A stretch of DNA of 64,000 nt from Selaginella moellendorffii (Eukaryota > Plantae > Lycopodiophyta), in NCBI RefSeq assembly GCF_000143415.4, contig NW_003314307.1, forward strand, positions 200,922-264,921, in the 5' to 3' direction. How positions within the stretch are numbered: the first letter of the stretch is position 1; every line of letters starts with the position of its first letter. The translations under genes and the position numbers were made by a program. The notes below the pieces were generated by a model that saw only the letters and a list, made by a program, of their open reading frames with translations, did not search any database and was not told where the DNA came from. Below, piece after piece: positions 53,147-64,000 of the stretch.

Positions 53147-54934
53147 ATGGCTCCTTACGGTCCCGAGAGCAACAACAATGGAACTTTGCAAATTGGCTAC
53201 AGTGTGGATGATGAACGGGGGAGTAACACTGCGTCTTTGGATCCAAAGTTACCTCTGCTACAGGAAGCTGATTTGCGGGACAAGGTGGTTCTCCTCCGTG
53301 TCGATCACAATGTTGTGAAGAAAGGTAAGGCTTTCGACAGAATTCTCTCCTTTCTGACATCGATTTGTGCGGCAGGAAGGATTTTGGATCAGTACCGCAT
53401 CGATGTTACGCTTCCAACCATGTTCAACATAGTGCAAAGGGGTGGCCGGTGAGTGTTAAAAATGCCGCCTTTGGAAGTTGTTGAGGCATAGATGACAGGT
53501 TAATTGTCATGACACACATCGGGCGTCCATTTGACAAGAAGAACAAGAGCATCACCATCAGCTCGGATGATTCCGTGGATGCTGTGGTGGCTTACCTTCA
53601 GAGGAAGCTCCGAATCAAGTTCGTTGTCCCGGAGTTCCACCACAGTGACAAGGATGGCATTCTGGACATTGACACCTCCATTAATTGGCTCATCCACGAC
53701 CTCCGCTCGAGGAAAATCGGAGGAGTTTATCTTCCCAACACACGCTGGTTTGCGGTAAGGAACGAGCTTTCGATTTTTCCATATTTTTCTCGAGCTATTC
53801 ACAACAGGGAGAGGAAGACAAGGGAGAGAAAATGGAGAGGTTCGTTGTTCAACTAGCTGGACTTGCGGATGTGTATGTGAATGATGCGTTTGGGTCATGG
53901 CAATCTCATGCGTCAACGTATCACATTGCCAAGTACCTTCCATCTTTTGCGGGACTGTGCATGCAGGCAAGTAACTTTTGTCATGCAAACACGGAGTTGA
54001 TTTGTTCTTATCTCTGGGCTCCTTAGGATGAACTGAGCAACGTGAAGGCTGTTCTCGAACCAAAGCGACCATTTGTAGCGATCGTTGCTGGTGCCAAGTA
54101 CGACACCAAGATAGGCCCGCTCACCGAAATCTACAAGAAGGTTGACAAGCTGATTTTGGGGGGAGTGATTTACAACACGTATCTATGTGCCAAGTATGAC
54201 ATCTCGATTGCCGGAGTTCAGGTGTGCGCAATTGTGCCGTTCCATGCTCTTGTCCATTAACTCAATGGATTGATTTCTACAGGAGTCTGATATCGATCTG
54301 GCCAGGGGCCTTCTGGAGCTTGACAAGAAACAAAAGAAAGTGTTGGACTTGCCTCTCCTGGTCGAGTCAGACACGCTTGATGGGCGGTACAAGAACAAGT
54401 TCCGCACTATATCCATCGAGGTTTGTGATGCTTATGGTTTGTTTTCGCTTGCTTGCCTCTAAGCTTTTCTAGATGGCTTAACAGGAGTTTCAAGCAGGGA
54501 AGGAATATAAGTACATAGTGGACGTCGATCCGGCGTCATTCGAGTCGGGTGAGGTGAGGGAGTCACTGTCGTCCGCCAAAGCCATATTCGTGAATGCGGT
54601 GATGGGCCTGATGCCCCACTTTTGGCACGGCACCAGCAAGATGGATGAAGTCATCGACCGTAACACTGGAGCTCAGAAGCTGTTTGGAGGAGGTGACACG
54701 CTCCAGGTGTTTAAGAGGTGAGTTCTTCCTAAATCTTTGCTCCTTTGGATGGGGATTGATCGATTTTTTTGTGCTGGCAGCTTGCATCCTGGCTTGTATC
54801 ACGAGGCACTGGACAGTCCCAAGTATTATCTCTTCACAGGTGGAGGCACCGTGCTCAAAGTGATCGAAGAAGGAAATCCTTTTGGTCTCGATACAGTGAA
54901 AGCGCTCATTAACAGCCATAAAGATAAACTCTAA
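53147..54934 (+). CDS. PGK: Phosphoglycerate kinase, atypical lineage, multi-exon
   Basis: LLRVDHNVV, MTHIGRP, YVNDAFGSWQSHAST, VAGAKYDTKI, LFGGGDT, LFTGGGTVL. Confidence 0.88.
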
Positions 54935-55360
54935 AATCTTCTCGAACTGATTCCTCCAAAAAATCGGGGAATATTTTACCTTTACATGTTTTGTCCTTTA
55001 TTTCTCTAGTCTCGTGACGTGTCAAGCGCATGCTTGCACGGGTCGGTAATTTGGAGTAGCGATCTCGTGCCGCCCCACAGCATCCTCGCGCGCCCGTGGA
55101 AGAGGAGAGGAGATCGCGGCGTTGCGTGGCGGATGATCGAGGATTCCAGGCCAGGTTTGGCGCCAATGTGACGCGGACGGAGATTAGGGCGATCGATCGA
55201 TCCCTCGATCAGCCCATGGCTGATCGCGGCGGCAGCGTTATGAGAGATCAGCAGCAAGCGCTTTTCTACACGTAAGGGAATCCAACCAACGCATTCCTCC
55301 TTTCTCAATCGATCAAAAGTGAGTTTCTTCTCCTCTTTCGATCTAGATAGAGATGGTGAA

Positions 55361-56378
55361 ATGGAATGCTGCAGGGGCTTTGCGAGATCTGGATGCCTTG
55401 ACTCCGCCATGGCTGCCGATTGGCAGTGGGCCACGACCAAGCACAAGTCAAGCAAGCCTTCCACGCGGCAGCAGCAAAAACTCCAGAGTTTGATGAAAGA
55501 GGAGGATGAGTTCCTCCTGTGGCCGGATCACTCGCAGTACGCAGAGCTCATCGATCAGGAGCGGCACAGGCAGCGGATCTACGTCACAAAGGGGAGCTAC
55601 TTTGGCCAGCACCGAGTTGAATCCGGCGAAGAAACCGCTCATCTAAAATCCTCCCTCGACTCCACAACCGTGACAACCTCGTCGTCGTCACTACCAGTGT
55701 CTTGGCGAACCGCCGGAAGCCATGAACTCGCAGCCATCGTCTCGCAAAGATCTGGCAACATCGCCAACTGCGATCTTCCCCCGCCGTCTCCGGAAGCGCA
55801 CAGTAGCATCAAACCAACGTAAGTTGGAAATCTTTCCTTTTGTTTTGAGCGTTATCAATTGTTTTTCTTTTTGTCTTGGCAGGTCTTGCAGCAGTAGTAA
55901 CAGTCCTCGATCTTCGACCGGGCCCCGAGCGCATGATTTGCTTGGCGAGGCGCTGTGCCGCTCCCAGACACGGGCACGAGAAGCGGAGAAGCTGGCGGTG
56001 CGTGCGTTTCGAGAGAAGGACGAGCTGATGCGTCTGTTCTTCCGCGAGGCATCCATGTCGCTGGCCTACAGGCAGTGGCTCGTATCGCTGCAAGCCGAGA
56101 ATCTGTGCCTTCGGATGTGTCACGCTGCTTTTCCTTCAAAGTCACTCGGCCACCACTTTCACCACCACTGCCCGCAGCTCCAGACTTCTTCCAAGCGTTG
56201 GAATTACCACCAGCACCACCACTACCACAAGAAGACGAAGCTGGAACGAGGTGGTGGTGCTACTCGTCCGGAAGAGCTGCTGCTGCGCTGCACTGTGGCG
56301 TTTGCATTGGGCCTGGGGCTTGCTGGTGCTGGATTCATGCTCGGCTGGGGGATGGGTTGGATCTTCTTTGCGTTCTAA
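55361..56378 (+). CDS. Uncharacterised plant protein with coiled coil and C-terminal TM anchor, 2 exons
   Basis: Conserved plant motifs NCDLPPP, EALCRSQTRAREAE and AYRQWLVSLQAEN, plus C-terminal AFALGLGLAGAGFMLGWGMGW. Confidence 0.75.
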
Positions 56379-56506
56379 AAGCACTGCTCTCTTGATTCCA
56401 GTTTCCAGTCTAGTGTATATATCTATATATATGTTCTCACCTCCGGGGATAATGTACAGCGCTGCCTTGATCCTCCTCTCTTTTATGTAAAAATCAAGTT
56501 GTGCCG

Positions 56507-59500
56507 CTAGTTCATGTATTGCCGGCACGAGTCGGATCCGCACAAGCAAGGAACCTTCTTGTCTTCCTCCTCAAACTGATAGTCGTATCTGTAACGATAA
56601 AGGAAAGCAACAAATGACTAAACCATGAACAAACGATATGCAACTTACGTAAGCTCCTCGCCCGCAGCCACATTTCGCTTCGCAATGAGAACGATGCGGC
56701 TTTCCTCACCATCAACGCATAAAATTCGTGCATAGCAACTGGGTGAGCACTGCAAAGACACCATATCTAAAAATCAGCATAAAGAAGCAGGATGTTTTTA
56801 AAATCAACACACCGAGTGGTTGATGAGCCGACCTATGTTCCCTTTCTCAGTGGCATCGATTACAATCTCCTCACTTATCTTGAACAACTGCAAGACGGTT
56901 TGATACGTTACCAACATGGTAAGAAAAATGATAATCCTTACGTAGCAATCTTTTCCTTGGTCACGGTATCGCTTTTCTCTCAAATCGGCGACACTTCTTC
57001 TCACTTGCTCGCCTCGGTACTCAACAACCTGCGTCAAGGAAATTAGACTCCAAGCACCTAGGAGAAACAATGTTATCTTACGATTTCTCCCTCTTCGATG
57101 GTCCTGCGCGCAAACAATCCCCAACCATGAATACCCGACTTCCCGAAGCAGACTCGAGACTTTTCAGTTTTCTGGACAAGAGAAAAAGAACAAAGAAAAT
57201 GATGATAACAATCATGTAATGCCACTTGCCTCCAAAAACGACAACCTCGTCTTCATATCAACAAGGTCCTCATGTTCGAGTTCCGGAAAATCCTGCCATG
57301 AACAACATTTAGCACACCATCGAATCATACATGAACTTCGTACCCGAAGGGCATCTATGCTTTCCGTAGAGTGATGACTGTATCCCATCACCCTGTAAGC
57401 TATCGGACTTCTGTTGCTTCTCTGCAAGAAACGCACGAAAAATTCATAAACTGAAATACAAAGCCAAACAAAAGCACCTTGTAATACATGTTCTGACCAT
57501 AAACTTGACACCTTGCAGCTGGGTTTTTAGATCGCCGAAAATTTTGAAACTCTTTTTCTAGATCATCGCACAGCTTCTTAGGAAAGGAGTTGAATGTACT
57601 CGAAGATTTGGAAGATTGACCATTACTGAACCGTTCTTTCTTTCCCAGTGAAACACCCTTGTCTGTAGTATATTGTATGTATGAATCTGGCTTTGGCGCC
57701 CTGCAACATTTCTTTTAGCTCTGAACAGAAATAAATAACAAGACAATACTTGTGCGTGGCGCAATAAGTTATCATTCTTGTCTCAAAAGAACCATTTTTC
57801 TTATAGGAAATCTGAACCTGAAACATCATCGTGTATAGGATAGAACTGAAAGCTGAAGAGCTTACCTCCATGTGATATCCGGCTCTCAAAGCACACATTG
57901 GATGATACAGGGTTTTACATTTGTTGCACTGTATACAGACCCCATGAATTTGCTTGCAAACTGCACAGGCCTTCACCGAGAAAGAAGTAAAAATTAGGAC
58001 AAAGGTGGAAGTAAGGGCTCTCGGCACAAACCTCGCGGAAACGCATTAGATCGATTCGGGTAATGCCTGCGGCTGGCTCCATTGCTACTTCATCCTTGAA
58101 CGTCACCTCATGAATAAACCAAGCACACGTAATATGCACCCAAAGACCTTTGATAGTGGTAGGCTTGAGTGCTCCACCTGTAATAAGCAAGTGATACATT
58201 TTACACAAACTTAACAGGAAGACGGATTACCTTTCACGGGACAAAGGCAGCAATCGCGCACAGCATCAGGCGTCTCGCAACCTCGACAAACCCATGAACC
58301 ACTTATTTCTGAAGCTTTGACCCCATAGCACTCTTCATGAACAGCCAATTGGCACCTACATAGCGACTGGCTCAAGTTTATCTTTAAGCAGAAAATAAAT
58401 ACCTGTTGCAAATAATAATCTTGTTCACATCGTAGTCTTCAATCCATCGGCAAACAGCACACCTTTCAGGTGTCCAGATAGGAACAACCGGTTTGTATGC
58501 CGCTAAAACTAATGCTTGGTCATTCTGTTTATTTGCCAAAATAAGTTCTTACCTTCCAAACATGTCAAAAGTTCCTTCACACGATAGCTGTTTGGCGTGC
58601 AAAGTTCAGGACCATCGTAAGCAAGGCCGATAGCGCCGCCTTCCAGCATAAGTCGTAGCTACAGGATGAGTAGGATTAGTTCGATGCAAAACATATGCAC
58701 GGGACATACCCAGGAGAGAAGAGTCTGGTTCAGATTTTTGACCACGATAGTTTCCTTCCACCTTCTCTTCTTAGATCCAGTGTGTTGTTCCCATTCTGAA
58801 GGTAGCATATGCTTTCCGTCACCACATCGTTCGCACTTGCAAAGGATTCTGTAAATGTTATCGTCCAGTCAGTAGAAGACAGGAAGAGGAAGACAATAGC
58901 TTACCGGTGATGCTTTGGCAAATATTCTGCTTCGCACCCTGAACATGTCACAAGTAGCTTACGTGGAAGAACGTATGTTGAGCCATTGTTCCCGTTTGAG
59001 CTACAGGGTACAAGTTAATATGTAAGAGATATGCAGATGAGTATAGCTTACTCGGTCCCTCGCTTCTTCGAAATGTTCTGCGTGTTTCTGCAGTCGGGAC
59101 AGTAGTAAGTACAGCGTTTCAGCTCCTGTTTGTTTAGTTACTGTTAGAAATTTTAATGTGACAGTCAAGAGAGTTTCAATACAACCTTCAGCTGCTTGCT
59201 GCTGATATTGTCACATTCAGCATGTACCCAGATTTCACAATTGTCGCATGCAGCCTACAAAAGTTTCGCATTCAGCAAACTAGAAAAAAGAAAGAAAAGA
59301 AAAAATAAAAGAAGAACGCTTTACCCAGTCGCCTTTGTCATTTGGATGCCAAACCTTCTTGCAAATTCCACAGTACTGCCTTGATTTGTAAAGCTGAAGT
59401 CGAGAAGTCAAGACCAAGAAAGTCAAGACAAAGATAAATACACAGACCTTTTTACAATGTCTGCACAATAGCTCTTCAGGGACGGGGTTCAATTTTATCC

Positions 59501-61507
59501 TTCCGAACAAAGCAGCTCCACAACCGACACAAATATTTATCTGCACAATGTTCCGTTAGAGCTATGCATGTTTACTTTCAGAAGTTTGCATACCCTTTGC
59601 TTAGCATCTTCGCATTTGCTCTCATCTTCGCTGTGAGAGGGTTTTTTGCAAACATCTTCACATTCTTCGAAACCAGCTTCGGCCAGAGTTGCTTCTTCAA
59701 TGGCAGACCAAAAATCACCCGGCTGACTCTTGTTAAATGATGTTTGGCTCTGGAACCTGAGCAACAAGTCCGTCACATCTAAAATTGTGGACTCACATTC
59801 TTACCTTTCCAAATAATCCACGAAGGGAAATATCATGCCCTTTCTTACCCATGCATAGTCCTAAAGCATCGAAGTTAGTACAAACAAGTAATAAGTAGAA
59901 ACAGCTTACCCGTCGTTTCACTCCTCTCGCTAAAGATTCGCCGTAGAACATAACGCAGAGCCGATTTGGGACGCATTTCCTTCGAACGGACTCCGGTACC
60001 TCCTTGATAGGATCAACTACCTTTGCTGGCCAAACAGGGTCCTTCTTCTTCCCAGATTTCGCCCAAACAATGTCTCCAATGTCAAACTCTTCAAGGGAGT
60101 GTGAGCCACAGGTGATGAAAGCGGCTTTTCCATCGCACTCTGAAATTGTTTCCGCATCCGTGACCGTGGAAAGCTTTTGCGACGATATGACAGAGGTAAC
60201 CTCCACTTCAGCGGGAGAAAACCGCACTTCCGCCTTTCTTCTCAGCACTTCAACTGATGTCAATGTCGGGGATTCATGGATGCCATCACTCCTGGATGTA
60301 ACAGAGTTTGCATCGTGCTTTCTCCCAGCTTGTTGGGCTTCTTCAGCAGGACGAGCTTTTTCTTCAATCTCGCGCTTGGAGCCTCGAGTGGAACGTTTCT
60401 TCAACGGAGCAAGCACCGAGTCACGTAATCTCGTCGGCAAGGCTTGCGACCTTCCCCGTTTGGAGCGTATAAGGGGAGCGACCTCCTCGTCCTTGCTCGG
60501 ATGGCCAGTGGTTTCATTCGAGAACGAGATGTTGCTACTTTCTGAACAATCTGCGTCACGATATGCACTCGTCAGATCAAATTGCCGCAATGCGATGGCG
60601 TACCTGCATCGACAGAGCGTCTGGTTCGGCAGCTACCATGTTGGATGGAGCTCTCCTCTGGTGGTACCAAGTCATGCACCTGGGTCTTTGCAAAGACACC
60701 CTCGTCCTCCTCGTCAAATGAAGAACAAGATAGAGCGTTGAGAGCTTTGATCACAAGCGCCAAGCTTCTCTTGAACTCGAGCTTGTCCTGCCCAAAAGCT
60801 TCAACTTTCGGCTTCTTCAGTCTTTTTGAAACTTCGTCTGAAGTGGTGGGCTTGCAGCGCTTGAGAGAGAGTTTGCCTGGAACTGGAAGACTCGGTCCAG
60901 CATCCTTCTTCCCACCCAAATTCTTGCTGGACGCTAAAGGATCGGCCTCCACCTTTATGTGGGTGCTCGTAACATCACTACTGTTCCACCCTCGATGAAA
61001 CCCACCACCGTGTAGTAGTCCGACTGGAGGCTTGGAATCGAGAGAAGAAGCCGCTGGGGGAGGTGGTGGCGGTGGCGGAGTAACAGGCAAAGCAATCCTC
61101 TCGCCAATGCATCGATCAGCTTGGCCGTGATTGATGCACGAGGCGTGCACTCGCTTGATCCCATTGCGACTCTTGCCCAGCTGCATCAATGGCTTCTTGT
61201 CGTCACAGCTGCCGGGCGCTTGGAATTGCGCTGCTGCCAATGTGGGCTGCTTGATGGGGCTGGGATTGTGTATGGGATTGGGCTTGATTGCCGCTGGAGG
61301 TCGCCAGAACGATGCCAACCTGATAGCCTGCTGCTGCTGCTGCTGCTCGACACCGCCTCCAATATCTCGATCGAGATCGCGAAACCCATTCCTGTTCCTG
61401 GATTGATGATGAAATGTTGCGCATCCGGATGGAGCAGCCGGAGCGATGAGCTGCCTCGTCAAGTAATCTGTCCCGAAGCCGGCATCGCTACCCTGCCCTG
61501 TCCCCAT
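56507..61507 (-). CDS. Trithorax-like histone H3K4 methyltransferase, ATX3/4/5 class (PWWP, PHD, SET, post-SET), multi-exon
   Basis: PWWP-like [21 protein letters not shown] fingers ([32 protein letters not shown]), SET ([35 protein letters not shown]) and post-[12 protein letters not shown]. Confidence 0.92.
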
Positions 61508-62207
61508 TAGCTACGGCCGTCGCCCTAATCACACGAACACACTAACTAGGAATCTGGCCTGCTATGCTGATCCCGATTGCCCAGCTCTCATTTGGATTCC
61601 TCTCTTTGATCCTCCTCTCGTCCTTCCTCCTCCTCCTCTTCCTCTTCCTCCTCCTCCTCGGACACCGCGCGGCATTTCACCGCATTCGCGGCGCAGCGAT
61701 CGAGTACACAATGCTGGCAAGACGGCAGCAACCGCGGCATACCTGGAATCCTCATCGCCTCCGCGCAGCCATGGATCGATCGCGCAAGCCCTATTTCCTC
61801 GCCGCGGATGGATCTTCTACCCCGGGGATAGAGTAATATTTGCTGCCGATGTGTTTGTTGTATGCCTTCTCTTTGACGCCCCCATTTTCCCTTGGCCCAT
61901 CCGGCCACAGCCGCATTAAGCCCAAGGGCCACTTGGCGACTGCCGCGTGGCAAACCAAGAAGGCCAGGGTTCGAACCCTGTCCCAACAAACACTTTGTGC
62001 ACAAGGCGAGGCGAGGCGTTCTACCCGATTCTCTTCCTTCCATTTCTCCTTTGTCCAGGGCAAGCAGGGCAACCGCCATGGATCTTCTTCCTCCTCTCTC
62101 CCCTCTTCACCTCGCCGGCGTCCAAGATCCTCGCCATGCAATTCCCCAGAGCCGAGCGATCGTCTTGTTTTAGGAGTCTCTAGCGCAGCGCTTCCCTCTA
62201 GACTAGA

Positions 62208-63050
62208 TTGAGGATTTCGGGCAGAAGCGAGCAACCAGGAGCTCCATCTCTCCACCGCAGAGCCAATTCAATGCAGCACAAGAGATTTCGAAGCTCTTGC
62301 CCCTCGCCGTCTTGGAACGAGGTCATGATCCAGCAAGGGCCATTGCGAGGCAGCATCGCCGTCGCTCGGCACAGGACGATGAAGCCCCAGGCAGGCGCCG
62401 AGGTAGCGTGGAATGGATCGGTGGCTCACCAGCGCCTCCCCGATCCTGGAGTGTGGAGCATCGGCAAGAACAAGAGGAGAACGGCATCAAGCCATAATGC
62501 TGCTCCATCGCCTTCCATCGGGCACGCCGGGGGATATTTCAGCGGCAGCGCTACGCAGTCGGGGGAGAATTGGTCGAAGAAATCCACAGATCCGACGCCG
62601 CTGATCGAGCATGAGGAGCAGTCGGCCGAGGATCAAGCCGATTCCAGCGTCACCGCGGAAGCAATTGCCGTGGAGAGCTTGCTCGCTCTGGACGTGCTGG
62701 CTCATTGCGCTGTCATCCAGTCACAAATCCACGACTCCGCGGCCAGCGCCTGTCGTCCCCCCGGGAGAAGGGTCTTCGTCCAGAGCCTGGGATTTTCGAT
62801 CTTCCAGAGGAGGCGGGGGCCAGTATCGTCTCCTTCCCGGCCCAGCGATGGTTTTCCGAGCAAGCCCTCTTCGATCGGCGGCAGCAGTAGCGACGAGGAG
62901 GAGCGAATTGGCCGGCCCAAGCGCAAGAGGGCGACCCTTTTGCCCTCCAAGTTCCAGGACTCGGTGCTCATGCTGAAGAACAAGAACAAGAAGAGCGGCG
63001 GCGGCGGCAGTGGCAGCGCTAACAAGAAGAAGAAGATCAAGAGGAAGTAG
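62208..63050 (+). CDS. Uncharacterised low-complexity basic, likely nuclear protein; main exon only, upstream exons possibly from 61771
   Basis: 280-codon open frame ending in an NLS-like KKKKIKRK, containing RPKRKRATLLPSKFQDSVL. Candidate upstream exons 61771-61832 and 62059-62161 splice in frame. Confidence 0.55.
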   Translation: MRISGRSEQPGAPSLHRRANSMQHKRFRSSCPSPSWNEVMIQQGPLRGSIAVARHRTMKPQAGAEVAWNGSVAHQRLPDPGVWSIGKNKRRTASSHNAAPSPSIGHAGGYFSGSATQSGENWSKKSTDPTPLIEHEEQSAEDQADSSVTAEAIAVESLLALDVLAHCAVIQSQIHDSAASACRPPGRRVFVQSLGFSIFQRRRGPVSSPSRPSDGFPSKPSSIGGSSSDEEERIGRPKRKRATLLPSKFQDSVLMLKNKNKKSGGGGSGSANKKKKIKRK

Positions 63051-63262
63051 GCCTAGGAGTTTCACACACATTGATCGATCCCGGCATCGATCGGAGCGTC
63101 GGGCAAGGAAAAAGCCTTCGTTTGGTTTAGTTTTGCTCTCCCATGTAGAGAAAATCTTCTCCCCCGAACACCATTCATAGGACCGTCCGCTTCTCTCAAA
63201 GCCATGGAGCTACAAAATTTCTTTGAATGCAATGCAATCCCTCTCTTGCCCTAGTTTTAGAT

Positions 63263-64000
63263 ATGGTGCTCCTGGGCTGGGGATGGAGCAAGCCGCCATC
63301 GCAGGCCAAGGATCACAGGCAAGATTTTGCGGTATCGATCCTTATCGTGTTCCTTGTTCTTTAGGGATTTAGATTTCAACTACGCAGCAGAGGACTGCTG
63401 CAGCGAGGCGGCGTGGACGGACGAGCGCCTCCAATCGATCGAGCGCCAAGGGTTTGCGATCAACCATTCCAGGGTGAAGATCGGCCACGGCCAAGAGGAG
63501 GCGTTCATCAGGGCCAAGAATTTGCTCCAAGATTGGCGGTAGGTTTTCTGTGGAGTGATTTGCGATGGCGTGAAGAAATGCTTGGCTGCGCAGGCATTTC
63601 CAGCTGGGCTGGGCATTCGTTCCGCGGGAGACGCCGATCGAGCGTGGCCAGGGATTCAATGTGTGTAGCAAGGAAGGGCTTTTCTGGATCGTGAATCCAT
63701 TACGTATTCGCTACATTCGCGACGATCGAGAGCAAGCCAGGAAGAACAACAAAATCGTCTACGCCTTTGGAAGTGGGACCTTGCAGGGCCATCTCCTGGT
63801 AAGTCAGCAAAAAAAACTCTTCTTTTCTTCTTTCCTTTTGCAACAATGGATGATCGATCGATCGAGTGGTTTATAGGCTGGTGAAGAGCGATTTTCTGTG
63901 GAATGGAACAAGGAAGATGACAGCATCTGGTACGAGATCTTCTCCTTCTCCAAGCCGGCGCATTTTTTGTCGCTGGCAACTTATCCTTACGTCCGATTCA
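63263..64000 (+). CDS. DUF1990/UPF0548 family protein, runs off the window end
   Basis: NHSRVKIGHG, WRHFQLGWAFV, FGSGTLQGHLLAGEERFSVEW, IWYEIFSFSKP. Confidence 0.85.

Noticed and set aside
60004-61510. Plus-strand ORFs of 130-245 aa
   Set aside because: Antisense to the large ATX exons.

Overview
This is eukaryotic land-plant nuclear DNA with very short introns (mostly about 50-70 nt) and tiny intergenic gaps. Flagellar genes (CCDC40, Rab23) beside a NAC factor point to a seed-free plant with motile sperm. A Selaginella-like lycophyte is my inference, not a checked assignment. Bases 1 to about 11,200 are an AT-rich relic block: a 383-bp Cassandra-like TRIM carrying a 5S rRNA promoter segment (with PBS, TSD and a second LTR collapsed to 15 bp), a disrupted Kelch-repeat gene, and a hypermutated LINE-like remnant. 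From about 11.4 kb to the end about 25 conserved genes are packed almost back to back: mitochondrial carrier, CCDC40, Rab23, ALA flippase, MAP70, SCE1, FtsH11-like, M3 oligopeptidase, membrane-tethered NAC, organellar AspRS, Cu/Zn SOD, thioredoxin-like, eIF2D, an unknown coiled-coil protein, HemD-like, METTL21-like, a TPR-like protein, 5'-nucleotidase, DRP5A, YbeD-like, an atypical PGK, a tail-anchored unknown, an ATX3/4/5-like methyltransferase, a disordered unknown, and DUF1990 (truncated). The best leads are the 5S-bearing TRIM, the head-to-head ciliary pair CCDC40/Rab23, two convergent gene pairs with abutting stop codons, the bacterial-like PGK, and a short motif shared by ATX and its divergent neighbour. 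Coordinates of multi-exon genes are start-to-stop spans including introns. Homology calls come from motif recognition, not database searches.
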